Positions 49,643 through 63,624 of a stretch of 64,000 nucleotides of DNA are shown piece by piece (the first letter of the stretch is position 1; each line of letters begins with the position of its first letter). Position numbers and translations under genes: made by a program. The notes below the pieces were generated by a model that saw nothing but the letters and a program-made list of their open reading frames with translations, was not told the DNA's origin and did not search any database. The DNA is from Camelus dromedarius (Eukaryota). The stretch covers positions 60,576,001 to 60,640,000 of the forward strand of contig NC_087436.1 of the NCBI RefSeq assembly GCF_036321535.1. The letters run 5' to 3'.

Positions 49643-51900
49643 GAGAAATTGAAAGGTTTAAAGGATTTTATGTTGAGAATTTTGTTCAGAACCAAATGAC
49701 CTCATATGTTTCTTAGGCCAAGGTGAAACAGAAATATGAAAAATATATTTTACCACGTGTTTGGGCCTCACAGTCTCTAAGATACAATACTCACTTTGCA
49801 GAAGTTCACTCTCTGTTTTGGGAAAATAAATCAAAGCTCCCTAACAAACGAATTCCAGGAATCTGATTAATTGGTATTACGCTTTATGAAAATTCTCAAA
49901 GCACACATGTGATAAAGTTCAAATGCCTGGGTGGACTCTCAACTGAATCTGTGTTGCCTGTGGTTATCTAGTTATTTTTCTTTTTGGTGGATGGCTTCAT
50001 CCTCTTAAGTTCAGACAGAGGCTGTGAGTGGGATTGCTATACTGAAATTCCCCAAGTAATAGCAAAGAAAGAACAGCTCAAGAGAGTCCAGATTGCTACA
50101 AGTTACAAAAAACTTAGGAGTGAGAGCAAGTCAAGGTTTAGGATCTAACACACATGTAGGAAGACAAGCCAGTGTCAGCAGTTCTGTGTATCAGAGCTTA
50201 GCAAACAAATTAACGCTGACAGCTCTCGCAGAAGACTGATCCTACCCTTTGTCCCCAATCAGCCCTTCCCAGTGGTAAAAACAAAACAAAACAACCCTGC
50301 CTGATAGCTGAGGACTGGCTGAGGATCAGAAAATCACTTTATAATTGTCTAATGCCTTCATCTTATAAATGAGCAAACACCCAAGATCTCACAGTCTTTA
50401 CATTTTGTCTAGAATTAAAATAAACTTTCAACTAACAATACTTTATTTCTGCAAAAATGACTCCAGATGAAATCCACCCTAATCCATGGAAATATTCTAG
50501 TATATGCCTCTAGAAGGGGTGAACGTTATTAACACTAAAATCCAGCATACCCCGGAAGCATAATAATTCTTCCAAACCTTGACAATTCTCCTACACAATA
50601 GATTTAAGATTCACTGTCTCCTTCCTCTGAATCACTAGATCCACTCCCACCCCTAACACCTTCCTTATTGCTTGTGGGAAGAAACAGATATAATTTTTAA
50701 GTAACTTAAGTATATAAATTTATATATAAGTACACAGGAAAATAAACATAAAAATGCCATATCTAAATTTTAAGCACAAACAATAGGAAAACAGTATTTA
50801 AGAATGACCCATATACCCACACAAGTATAATTTCATCAAGTTCCTTACTGAACATATTTTTGAATTTTCATAGAACAGTTCCAGGTAGAATCTTGCTCAG
50901 AGTGAATATCTGAATGAATGACTCAGGCTATTAGATATTGTTCCTAAACATCAAATATCTTGTACTAGATGTATTAAGATTGAGATGGAAAGAAACCCAT
51001 TTGTATACTTGCTATATGTGAAAACATGACTAAAATTTGTTATATAATTCAGGTGTACTATTAATGTCTTGTAAGTAGAGCATAGTGCCTACAATCAAGT
51101 TGAATGATATTTATTTTTGAAGTGCTATTTCTCTGTTCTTTACACCATGATCAAGTTGTCTTGATCCTTTAAATAAGAGACTCTAGGTCAGTGAAAACAA
51201 AAGAGGGGAGTGCTAATCTTTAGGAAGAGAAAAGCCTCAGTCATCTCAGGACACCATCAGCTTAAAAAAAGACAGCACTTTTTTGGGAATATGTTTGACA
51301 TTTTCCACATATTTCAAGTAGGTCTTCTGATCTAAAATTGTAGCAGATGGAGAAGCAGCAGGTGTGAACTCAGCAAATATACAACAGACAAGATTACAAA
51401 CTAGGCTAGCTACTTAAAGCCTTTCACATTTGAGGTTAGGGAACAGATACACCTTAGAAAAGATAAAATTGTGTGTGTGTGTATATGTATGTGTGTGTGT
51501 GTGTAATACATTAAAAATTATGTAAGTGTTATCCTGTATGACATGCCATGGATCTAGATCCTAGGACATAGGCAATAAGCAAAGGAAAATGAACACAAGA
51601 GTTAGACACAAAAGTATAAAAAAGAAACTGATCCCTATTTTTGTACAAACTCACTCATTATTGTGCCTTTAACTTCAGGAGTATGCTTCTCTAAAGGCAA
51701 ACTTTTATTTATTTCAACAACAATATCCCCTAAACTTGTCCTGACAGCTATTCTGAAATTATTTTAAAAACAAAAACATGTTGACTATTTTCAAATAGTT
51801 TGGTTTAGGTTATAGTTCAACCACATTCTAGTTATGTGACCCTAGGAAATGGCTTTTCTCTCTGAAAATTAGATGTAAACTAGAAATAATGGTATTTACT

Positions 51901-52029
51901 TGGGGGAAGGGGATAGCTCAGCGGTAGAATGCATGCCTAACATGCACGAGGTCTTGGGTTCAGTCCCCAGTACCTCCACTAAATAAATAAATAAGCAAAC
52001 CTAATTACCTCCGCCACAAAATACAAAAA
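51901..52029 (+). mobile_element. tRNA-derived SINE, camelid Vic-1 type, inserted in a MIR remnant
   Basis: gggggaaggggatagctcagcggtagaatgcatgc..gcacgaggtcttgggttcagtccccagtacctcc with Pol III A/B boxes and tail aaataaataa..cctaattacctcc. 15-bp TSD AGAAATAATGGTATT at 51882-96 and 52030-44. Confidence 0.9.
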
Positions 52030-55000
52030 AGAAATAATGGTATTACTAGACTTTGTTACAACGATTAAATGAACTCCACTATAATTAAATCACTCTTAAC
52101 ATATCATTTCCATTTACTCATCTTCAATGTTATAAGAAAAAGCCAAATTTTTAACAGTAAGGTGTAATAGAATTTAAATGATATAAATATTGTTCAAATA
52201 AATATGCAGGCCAAATAAATATATATATTTGGGCTTAAAGTATAGTAATTCCTTATTTTACTATGGTGAATATTATAAAAAGAGAAGAATAGAAACAAAA
52301 ACAAAACTTTAAACAGTAAGAAGTTAGAGCGAAAGAAACCAACGGGAAAATGTTTGGAATAGTTTCCAATTTCATTATCAATGCAGAAATACCTTCTTGT
52401 ACATTGTGCTGGAGAAAATTTAGTAATTTTCAAAATGCCTTTTGATTCAGTAAGACATATATAGACATAGAAATTTAAATTAAATCGTAAAGGAAAATCT
52501 ATTCATTTATTTACATCATTTTAACTTACATGGAAGAAAAGAAAAATAATAGAAAAAAACTATTAAAATATATTTGAAATAGACTTTACACTAACTAAAT
52601 ATATTCTGCACTTTGCACTTTAGGCTACAACAAAGCTCAGAATTTTTTTTTTTTTTACAGACTTGAACTTGCTCAATATTATGCTTCTGAATATCAGTCA
52701 TTTAAATGGAGTAAGGAAATTCTAATACATATGTGAACTTTATCCACGAAAGAAATGCATTCAAAATTTTATATTCCTAAATACTAGTTCAGAATATATA
52801 CAAGGGTAAAAAAAATCAACATTGGCTTCCTTATTCTTGGCCCTCTGATAATGTCTTTAGCTTTCCAACTGCAGGTGATTCAAAAGGGCCATGACAAGGG
52901 CAAACAGCACACAGTCCATTAAGCAAAGGGCAGTAGTAAAACCCTGCAAAATTTTAATCAACAGCTAATGTATTTTATGGTAGCAGTACCAAAAGGGGAG
53001 CTTAATTTGTGAGTGAACCAAAAGTTTCAGGCTTTCTTAACATGGTGCCAGTGGTGAATTTTAAGAACCACCCTTAAATAATATGCAATTTCCATTATGC
53101 AATATGCAAATAATATGCATTTATAGTCTTCATCCATTTCTAAATTAGATATGACTCAAAAGAGGTTAAGTAATTAAAGAATAATATTGTACTACCAGAC
53201 ATAGAATGACTGACTAAATTCTTATTTTCATAAAATTTATTCTATAAAAGACTAGTTTCTAGGGAGTTAAACAGAGGTAAAAAATTGGATGGATAAACTA
53301 AACTTCTATACTACAGTATTTTTCAGAGCCATTTACAGTTTGAGCATTGTTCGTCTCTAAGCGTGTAATGTAAGACATAGTGTTTCAAAAACTCACCTAC
53401 CCAGGGAAACTTCTTTAGGAAGAACTGTCAGTTCCAATAGTTTAAGGATAACACTTGGGGAAATGATGATTTGAGATTGCACTTCCTGACCAAATATTCA
53501 GTGACTGATAACCAAGTGAGGATTTTGTAATTCAATTCAAATCAACCAAGTTTTATTGAGTAAAGCAGTGCCATACTGCTCTCCAATGAGCAATAACCAG
53601 TTTTGCACAACTGGTTAAGTTGACTGGTAGGTCTCAGTTGGATGAGTAAGTCTTCACCTATTCTTTCATCATCTGGGCAAATTACCTTTGAAAAATATAT
53701 TGCCTGGCTCTGTTGTCCCAGGATCCTTACTATTTCTTCCCTAGCTAGTCAGCAAGTATATAGAAAAAACAAACAAAACCAGATCAGAACAGTAAAAAAC
53801 AGATAAGGAAAAAAAAAAAAAAAAGAGAGAGAGAGAATGTTTTACCTCAAGCTCCAGGAATTATAGAATCATTGGTGAAATTGTGTAATTGTGAAAAGTA
53901 TAGCCAAGAATAATATTTTACATGTCAGTTTACTAGAATTTGAAGTTTAATCCATTGTAACCCTATGTCAAAACAAACTCACAGAACTGAAAAGAAAGAA
54001 TCAAACTCTACACTAATTAAACTTGAGTATAATGGATCTATGGTGTCATACTTCCTAAAGCTCAATATTCTATGGATCTGCTTCTACTGTTGTAGAGACC
54101 AAAATGATTGGTGTTCCTTATAGTGAATTTGAAACACATTTTATTTCCACAAGGATCACAGCTGTAACTAAAGAAAGAAAGATTGCACGTCATCCTTTTC
54201 CTTCCTACCTACTTTATCAGCTGCTCAATTATATCCATGGACTCCGTTTAAACTGACAACTGGTATTTTTCTTGTATTCCCTTTGCTCACACTAATGTTT
54301 TATAGCTTCTGTGTTCTCCTCTAGCTGCACCATCTTGTTTTTGCCGCATCTGTTCTTCATTAGCCTCCCAGAGAGGTGAGTATGAAGACTTATTCATTCC
54401 CTAATATTCATGGAGCAGCCATGATGATCATGAGACTGCATATATGCATTTGGGAAGATTTGTTCCAGGAATAGAAGAAGCTGACAATCACACAAGGGAA
54501 CAAAGGACAAAAATAGCTACTACTTTATCCACCAAGAATAAGATGAATTTTTGATAACTGGCTTTCGTGTGTGTAGTAAATGAGATGGAGAATCATTTAC
54601 TTGATACCTCACTATAAAATGCTATTTTTATGTTGCCTAAAGGTTGCTTTGGAAGCTGATATTACTCCTTACTTGTAAAATGGCAAGAGGATGTACACTT
54701 AAAAAAGGATTATGAATATTTTTAGAGAATCTCTTTTGTTAAAAATCTATGTTACACAAGTAACATTATTTAAAATGCTCATTTTTATTACACTGTGTCC
54801 TTTAACAACTACCTTTTACACTGCTGTCATTAGATAGAACACTGAATTCTCAAAAATTAATGTGGTATACTGAGCAGTAGAAATAAACTTTCTAGGAATA
54901 TAGTTATACAAAAATATAACAACTGAATTTATTTAAATTAATTAGATTTTGACTGATTACCTTCTGTATAGTTTGACTGAGGGCATATTTTGTCAGTAAT

Positions 55001-55211
55001 ATTCAATAAACTGAAATATTAAAAGATAGGTTTTCTAATATGGATACCTTTGAAATTTTGTTTCATAATGGTTTATGCAAAAATTCTAATTTGAGTACAA
55101 ATTTTTGGAGAAAAATATTTGTTGTACATTTCTTAGTAGGCAGGAGAAATGTACAATGGCATTAATATTTACAATGTGAAAACAATTGTATATGCATTAT
55201 ACAATTAGACA

Positions 55212-55653
55212 ATACATTAATTGAGTTTCATTTGGTTACAAGTAACGGATACCAACTGGAGCCAGATTAAGCAAGTGAACATACTCTTAGGAAGATACTG
55301 GCACATCTCACAAAGGCTTAGCTAGAGCTAAATAACTGGGTCTCAGCTAAAGCAGGTATCAGAGCAGGTTCTAGTTGCTGGAGTTCACAGGTGTTGGGGC
55401 AGTCATGAATACAACTCAACTACCAGCAGCTCACAGCCTCTGTGTCTCTCAGTTCAACTTCCTACATTCCTGGGATCATGTAATGGCTACGGGTTAAATG
55501 AGGTGTCCACCTCTGACCCAACCAGCCACAGCAGATGAAGTGGCCTCTACAGCACAGCCAGGACCAAGGCAGACCCTCTTCTGTATCAGAGGCAGTTTCC
55601 AAAGAGGGAGAATGGTTGTTAGCTGGACACTAACCCAAAAGCTATTTCCTACA
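55212..55653 (-). mobile_element. MLT1 (ERVL-MaLR) solo LTR, old
   Basis: tttggttacaagtaacggataccaact...ttaagcaa...ggaagatactgg..atctcaca and terminal ...ttcctaca. Confidence 0.6.
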
Positions 55654-57134
55654 GCCAAAAAGAAAAGAGTTAGAGTTGACCTAGTTAAATTTTAATGATT
55701 ATCAAAGTTGATGATTGTATCTTTGAGAATTTTTGTTTACCAGTTAAGAGCAGATTATTTCCCAGTTCAGTGATACAACTAAAATACATGCTCAGTCTTC
55801 CTTTGTAATACACAGAGAGAAGCATGACAAAATGCATTCTGTTTTATTTATATAAGTATATACCTAAACAACCAAAAAAAGTCAGCTCAATAGGCTTTAA
55901 CATTTCTTTTTTTCCTCTTTGTTCTTTTCATGTGGAATGTAATCATTCAACTCTATTAAATCTGATAGAAAGTTGAAAACTTAGTGGTATGATAAAAGAA
56001 TATCATAACTTTTCTATATACTAGCATATATATCAAAATTACATGGGTTTGATGTCTTTTTAGAAATAAGCTAGGGTTTCCTTTTAAGCAGTACAGGATA
56101 TTAGCATCTCTGAAGGCTTTTAAAGAATTTTACTCTGTCACTGTTGAAGTTAACAAAGAAAGTCTTTTATTTGCTCTCCATAAAAATAATCATGTATCAG
56201 CCTTACTTGCTTTTACATTCAGAACTTACCAAGAAATTCAGTGATTATACAAGTGGCACATAAAGAAGCAAAGAATAAAAGGAAACACTGAGTTCTTCAA
56301 ATAATTACATAATTTGTCCCTGGTCTTTTAAACACAAATCATAGTTACTCTTCTGCCCGTTCTATGCTGGCATAATGAAGTGACCGGTAGAAATTATGGC
56401 TGATTCTTTATGATGACTGTTAAGTCAGGAAAAAGCTGACTTGAGTGGCTGTTGTGAGAGACCTCTGTGGTCAAAAATAGCTAAATTTGTTTTCCTCCTC
56501 TGATAATAACCAAGCACTTAACTCCTTTAATGAATTCCTTTTGTTGTATCATGGGAGTTGGGAATGGAAAGCAGGAAATTGCAAGATGAAGAGACAGGCT
56601 CTCATTGTCTGAGCAGCTGACTGCTGAGCTGCAGCAGCGTCAGTGGGGCTCAAGCAAGAACAGAAATGACAAAAAATACAACAGATTCCTTTATACATTC
56701 ACTGGTGTGTTAGATTTGGGGCCAGATACCAGCAGTGCACAGAAGACAGGGACCAAGCATGGATGTCGGCGAGGAGATGAAAGCTGGGCTGTTTTGCACA
56801 TTGGCAAATGACATGTGTGCAAACACCAGGGATTTTCCACAAAGCTCCATCTTTCTTGTCTTTCTTTAGAAGAAGGAAATCAGTTAAACTTGGAGACCTT
56901 GACCTTCACCCTCAAGGACAAAAACTAGCTATAATGGCATTCCCTCCATGATAGCATGCCATTCTGCCTTGAAAGGAATTATACTGGAAAGAAAAGGCAG
57001 AGGTTTCTGTGAGTATAGACAAAAGAGGCTATGAAAACAGATTCCATTCTGTTCCACAGGTTAAGGCAACATTACCAGAATTTTGCTGGTATCCATTTTA
57101 AGTCATAATTCAATTTAAAAATTTTAATAGGAAA

Positions 57135-57181
57135 TGTGTGTGTGTGTGTATATGTATGTGTGTGTGTGTGTGTGTGTGTGT
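57135..57181 (+). repeat. (TG)n microsatellite, interrupted
   Basis: Read directly from the sequence. Confidence 0.95.
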
Positions 57182-57779
57182 ATAAATAAAATAACTTCTC
57201 CATGTAAATAATATGGTTGATGCAACTAATGTTGACATAGTTGATTCTAATTTTAACCTAGAACTATGACTGAAGCTTATTTCATTATATGCAGAAAGGC
57301 TTCTGTCAAGAATCCTAATGTCTACTTCCAATAAGCTTGAGCAAAGGCTATGGCCTGCAACCATCTACATCAGACCCTGACACATCACACCAGGCAGATT
57401 TTAGATCAGCAATAACCATTGGCTTAGCTGGAAACTATTTCCAATAGACAGAATCCAATTCCAATATATAAGCTATTTAAATTAGCCCTTGTTCCATTTG
57501 TATACTCTTAAAAAGGAATAAATTATTGGAATTAGTGAAAATCATCACACAGCCCCTATAAGAAATCTAATGTTTACATATTTAATAAATAATTATGTTG
57601 TGCCCAACACTGAAGTAGGGGCTTACAATTCAGTTTGAATTTTGCTTAGTGAAAAAGAAAGGTATCAAATAAGAAAACAGAATGAAGTTTGATGCAATTA
57701 ATCATTATTATACTTTCTCCAGCTGAAATTGATGAAACCCCAGAAAAGGGAACTGCATGGGCTGTTCAGGCTTTTGGAA

Positions 57780-60700
57780 AGTTCAGAAATAATAATTAGA
57801 AGGACAATGGAATCAGATGGCTCTTGTTGAGTGTAATTGATGCATTGCAGAAAGACACTGAAAGGCTGAGGGTAATTTCACAAATCAAAAGCAAAATGTG
57901 AAAGTCAGAGGTCCTCCTAGGCCACATATAAAATAACTCTTATCTTTTATAGTCTAGGACAGAAAAAGCAGAGGATCTGGGCCAGTAGCTCATCTCTAAA
58001 GAAGGCTGAAGTCTCAGCTACATCAAGTCAAGGCTCTAGTTGGAGAGCGGTAAGACTCTGAGACATGGGGTGGGGTCATGTGGGTAGAGATTATTAAAGC
58101 TTCAGATCTCCTTGAACCCTCTGGATGTACAGTATGCTTCCACACCTCCCTGTTAGAGGAGGAATCAAAAGGTCCCAGTTTTCCCTTGCTGGAAGACAAT
58201 GCAGCAGCCTCTAGATTGTACCCCCATCCTACCATAAGAATCTACCCCTCTCCTTTCCTAGCCACCAGACCAAGAAGTAGCATCACACCACAACAGAACA
58301 TGGACAGTGAAGTGCTGGGACTGGAGGAGAGGAAATGGACTATATCATGAAAAGGTTGCATGATTTCCCCAACACATATCAGCAGAAGCCTGGAAAATGA
58401 TATGTGGGACTGGATACTGAGAGTGCCAGTCTGTGAAGTTGGGTAGGGGGCCTGGATGGAACAGAAGGCTGAAAAATGAAGAGTTTATTGGCATAAGGGT
58501 ATTCTCCCATGATACAGAATCTAATAATCTGGCAAGGACCTCAGAAGATGGTGCTGATATGCTAACTCTTAATATGCTAATTATATGGTTATAATTTTAA
58601 TTTGAATGACACTTATAAGTTTGGAGAGAGCATTGGCCCACAGTAAGTAAAATAGAAATGAAATAACTGCAGTAGCAGATGGCAGAAGTAGATATGCTAG
58701 ATGGTTATCTATGTAAAGTTAGAAAATCTACCAGCTGACCATGTTCCATGGGTGGAGTTGGAGGACACTTCTACCAAAGTGATAAATTATGTGCCAGTGA
58801 GAGGGGAACTAGCATTATGAAGAAATCCAGTGGTGACTTTTCCACTGTAAATGGGGGAAACAGCAGGAGATTCTGTTACAACTAGGCTCAATAATAGAAT
58901 TAGGAATGACAGAATTCTAAAATAGTGGAAGCCAGGTAGTAGCGCTTGACTGTCAGGAGTTACAGTGAACTCAAGGTCAAGCTGTTACAGTGAACTCAAG
59001 GAGCTGCAAAGCTGGAGTGGCAGAGATGGATCCGAATCACAGGGCACCATGGAAATGGTTACTAAACATAGTTTCCCTAGAATCAACCTAGATGGGTAAC
59101 CAACAATCCATGTAATCAAGAGAATTCAAGAAAGAAGGCTGAGGGCACCTGCCAATAAAATATTTCAAATACTTGCCCAGTTTCTGGACCTGAGCCATTT
59201 TGCAGATCTGAAACAAGCTGACTGAAATCTTCAGGAGGAAGGACCCTGCAAAACCATGAAAGTGAGCACGTATGTAGAAGAATGATCCTCACAGTTTTTC
59301 CTCAAAGAAACTTGTAGCCATTTACTCAAGTAACCATATGCTAAGAGGAAGGGAATATGGAAGTATTTCAAAGAAGGTTAGACACTGGGTCTGAGTTAAC
59401 TTGATGCTCAGGAATGTGAAGCATAAAATATATACAATCCTATCCCAGGTTGGCTCAGGGAGATCACTGGGTCCCCAGGACCACCCAATGATCATTTCTC
59501 TGCTACCTGGCCCTGAATATATCACTAGTATGGATACACTTGGTTGTTCTTAGAACCTCCACATAAGCTCCTGATTAGTAGGTTATATTGTAGTGGGGAA
59601 GGCCATATGGAAGCATCTGAAACAGTCACCATCCCACTCCACTTCCACTGGCCAGGTTAGTAAATCAAACAATACTGGATCTTGGAGGGAATGGCAGGAA
59701 TTAAAGTCTCAAAGAATGCAGGGGTGATAGTCCTCACTATATCCCAAATTAATTCACTAGTCAAGCAGATGAATTCTGTGTGTTCTGCAGGATGTGGGTA
59801 ATTAACATGGGCTTAGATACATGGTGTGTGGTCATTGATCTAGCAAAGGGTTTCATTTCCATTCCTATTAAGGAGGAGGATTAAAAAAAAAGTTGCGGTC
59901 ATTTGGAACAGATAGCAGTATACTTTTATGGTCCTGCTTCAGGGGTATACTAACTCTCCTGTCATCTTTCATAATATATTTGGAAGAGATCTGGGCTATC
60001 TGAACATTTACAGACCACCACATTAGTACACTAAATGGATGACATGTTAATAGAACCAAATGAACAAGAAGTTGCAAATGTGTTAGAGCTTTCGGTTAAA
60101 TGCGTGAACTCCAGAGGAGAGGAGATAAATGCTATGAAGAATCAGGGCCAACTATACTGGTCAAGTTTTGAGGGGGTCCAATGGTCTGGGCCATGCTGAA
60201 ACATCTTCTACAAGATTATTGCATCTCACACCTAAGAGGACCTAGGTGTGTAGAAAGTTGAGAAGAAACCATCTTTGGGTCTACAGCAGAATATTCTCTT
60301 AATAAGAAGAGTGCTCTGACCTGTAGTGGGTGTCAGGAAAGGCTGCCAGACTTGAGCGGGATCTAGAGCAGGAAAGTGCCCTGCAGTCCATCCAAGCTGC
60401 TATGAAAGCAGTTCTCCCACTTGTGTCAGAGACCTGTGAAACTACTCCTATTTTTACATTTCTGGATGGTCCTGGCTTTCTGAATAAAGGATGACTGAAT
60501 AGCAACCCTAAAAAATATATCCCCTCCCCGGGACCATTTGTTTATATCCCAAAGTGGTGGAAAAAAGCTAGGGACTCTTTCTTCTCCTCCCTGAAGAAAA
60601 TTTGTTTATATTTCATAGAGAAGTTTCTCTCTGGAGAGGAGGAAGGCAGATGGGTCAGCTGCCCTACAAGCTCTAGTTGTCCTAATTTCAGGGTTCCTCT

Positions 60701-61170
60701 TCCATAGGGCAACCACTGCATGCACAAGTGATATCTAGCCCTCACTGTGTTGCCCCAAGGGGAGTTAGGGCACTGCTAGGATGCTCTGTGCGTAAACTGT
60801 CTGTTCTCTCATCCAGAGGTCTGCAGTTTCTGTTATTAGGTAGAAATATGGTAGGTAGGTAGGTAGATAGATAGTTAGAGAAAGGCCAGCTAACTTGTTA
60901 ACACACAAGTAGAATGGCATCTCAGGTCTTTCACAGTTTCAGACTTAAAAACATGAGCCACCATTTGAGGTGGAAAAAAACATTTCGTGTGGAATTTTTG
61001 GCAAGCTCCTGGAGGAATTTCACAGCATAAATCCCAAGGGTTTTGGAGCTAGACCATGTTATCTACAGAAAAGAATTAAACATCATTAAAACAAACAAAC
61101 AAAAAGCTTCTGTGTTGTTCTGTAGCCCTAAAAGAAATGGTGATCACCTAGGAGTTGGCATGAACCATGA
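57780..61170 (+). mobile_element. Ancient ERVL internal region (gag-pro-pol relic), heavily disrupted
   Basis: Degenerate motifs: gag VKALVGE..DSETWGG..W (~58027) and YQQKPG..WDWILRV (~58376); protease LDTGSEL (~59378); RT VIDLAKGFISIPI (~59832), YTFMVLLQGYTNSP (~59919), LVH*MDD (~60024); EKQLL-type connection segment (~61050-61150). Confidence 0.85.
60440..60950 (+). mobile_element. Probable ERV1-type solo LTR (MER89/MER90-like) interrupting the ERVL pol relic
   Basis: cctaatttcagggttcctct...aaccactgcatgcacaagtg..tctagccctc..tgttgcccc resembles this LTR class. ERVL pol similarity stops before it and resumes after it. Confidence 0.45.
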
Positions 61171-61630
61171 AATGACACATAATCTTTAGAAAAAGGCAGA
61201 AGATAAAGGGTCTAAATATGATAGAGGAGTACACATATGCTCAGATGCTGCCTCTCAACTCAGAGATAAGAAAGGAGAGAATATGCAGATTTGCTTGAAA
61301 GAAGAAAAGGCCAATCAAGGTCTTCTAGGGAAAACAAGATTTCATTTAACTCCAAAGTGCACAAAATATTTTGTGAAGAGTTTTAGGATCTCTGGAGTTC
61401 ATTAATAATGGAATGGAAGACTTAGAGAAGGAACTTAGGGAGAATAGAGAGAGAGGGTGGAGTCAGAAAATGGAAGTATAAAGCAATATTGATATGAAAA
61501 TAAGACAAAGCACTACTTAATCCCAGGAGTCTACATTTGAGTGACAGTTGAAAAAAATAAGGACGTGGGACAGAGTGACCTTGGGTCCCAAAGATAAGAG
61601 CTTGATAGTGAATGACAGGCATTTGGTTAA

Positions 61631-62142
61631 TATGACAGGTAATTTTATGTGTCATCTTGATTGCCCTAAGGAATGCCCAGATAACTGGTAAAATATTGTT
61701 TTTAGATGTGCCTATGAGAGTGTTTGCAGAAGAGATTAGCATTTCCATCAACAGTTAAAAAAGATCCACCCTCACAAAAGTGGGCCAGCATCATCTAATC
61801 CTATAAGGGCCAGAATAGAATAAAAGAGGAAAGGGAAGGGTGAATGCTTGCTCTCTTTTTGAGCTGGGACATCCATCTTTCCTGCCCTCAGACACTGGAG
61901 CCCCTGGTTCTCAGGCCTTCAGACTCTGGGACTTACACCATTGGGTCCTCTGGCTCTGAGGTCTTCGGGTTCAAACTGAATTATTCCACTGAATTTCCTG
62001 GTCCTCCAGCTTACAGATGACAGATTCTCGGACTTTTTGGCCTCCATAACCACATGAACCAAATTTCTACATTAAGTCTCCTCTTATATTCTCTCTCTGT
62101 ATCCTATTGCTCCCATTCCTCTGGAAAGCCCTGACTAGTACA
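61631..62142 (+). mobile_element. MLT2 (MLT2B-like, ERVL) solo LTR
   Basis: Start tatgacaggtaattttatgtgtca.cttga, body gagctgggacatccatct..cctggttctcaggccttcagact, end ctctggaaagccctgactagtaca. Confidence 0.9.
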
Positions 62143-63364
62143 GTCAGTCTGGGACTTAACTGTCACCAGGATGGAAGGTGATGTGTAAGTGTTACAGCTG
62201 TTAACTCCAGTTAAGGACTCGGTGGTAAATGAACAGGAAGCATTCAGATGAAACCGCCCCTGGGGCCACAAGGCTTCTTTCTGGCGGAAAATTTCTTTTC
62301 AACTTTCAGTTCTCTTATTAAATGTTACTTCTTTTAAGAGTTTTCTCTGACTCTCAGAATTGATTAAATTGCCATTTTATGCATTATCATAATACCACAT
62401 GGATTCCCTCCAAAATGCATATAGCATCTAAGTATATATCTGTATAACTATTAAAATTCTGTACCCCACCTTACAAAGGGTGCAGGGGCTGTTTTTGCCT
62501 CCAGTGTTCTAATTCTGACATTTAGCAGACAGACAAGTCATATTTGTTGTATAAGTTGTTACTCCAATATAGTGCTTGTAAGGGGCTGAGGCACATATGC
62601 ACTCTGAGTCCCTTCAGGCACAGAAGGTCTTAAGTGTTTCTACCCCAGAAGACTGGAAGGGTGATGACAGAAGACTGTCCGAATAGTATGGTTTACAGTT
62701 TTGCATTTATATTTTCATGATAAAGTGTGTGTGTGTATGTGTGTGTGTTTAACATAAGTAAGTAATGCATCTGAGCACATTTTATTGTAAAATTACTTTT
62801 CTTCCTTTGAAACATACAAATGACTCCTTCAAAAGTGTCCTTGCTTCTTTCTCTGCCGTGCTTTGCCATCATTTATCACTCAGAGAATGAGGCTGTGGTA
62901 CAAAAGGTGAAAAAGACAGGCAGGAGTCCAGAAGACAGAAGCTGTGAATTTAATCCTGACTAAATGGCTGGTGGGCTGGGTGACCTAGACCTGGACATGT
63001 TTTAAATCTTCTTAGATCTGTGGCTCTGCAAAGCCCCATAAGCAAAGTTTTCCTGATAGAAACAGATGTCCATATATTACCAGTTATGTATGTAGTGCAA
63101 CTTAATATCATGAAAGCAATGACAAAGACATGGAGATTTTTTCAGGGGCAGCATGCTGTAATAGAAGAGAAAGAATGAGGGCTATTATGTCAGGTAGACC
63201 TTAAACCTGATGCTTCCACTTTCAGCTGGGCCTCATCTAAAGTGGTCTACATTTAGAATTAAAACATACAAAGCATATAAAACATACCATATAAAACACA
63301 CTTTACATATGTATGTTTTGACAAATTATAATCCCTTTACCTGATAAATATTAAGGAATCAAAG

Positions 63365-63554
63365 CTATAGTCAGCTGTTCTATATTTTACCTGAATCAAT
63401 GTAACTTTTCCACTTGTAACAGTGTACTGTATTTTTATGAGATATTGTCTTCAGAAGACACTGGGTAAAGAGCCCATGGGATCTCTCTGTGTTACTTCTC
63501 ACAACTATGTGTGACTCCACAATTATCTCAAAACAAAAAGTTTAATTTTAAAAA
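63365..63554 (+). mobile_element. L1MC-like 3' terminal fragment
   Basis: ctgggtaaag..catgggatctctctgtgttacttctcacaactatgtgtgactccacaattatctcaaaacaaaaagtttaattttaaaaa. Confidence 0.8.
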
Positions 63555-63624
63555 GTCTCTAGTTAGTGAGAGGGAGGATAACCTCAATTAATAGAGTGGC
63601 ATAGCTGGGGGAAGCTAAAAATGC

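Noticed and set aside
51901..51980. Possible functional tRNA gene
   Set aside because: It has a SINE-specific tail and TSDs and an imperfect cloverleaf, so it is a SINE.
61631..62142. MLT2 LTR as the 3' LTR of the ERVL relic at 57780-61170
   Set aside because: It is separated by about 450 bp of unrelated, probably L2-like sequence, with no polypurine tract, integrase region or matching 5' LTR. An independent solo LTR is more likely.
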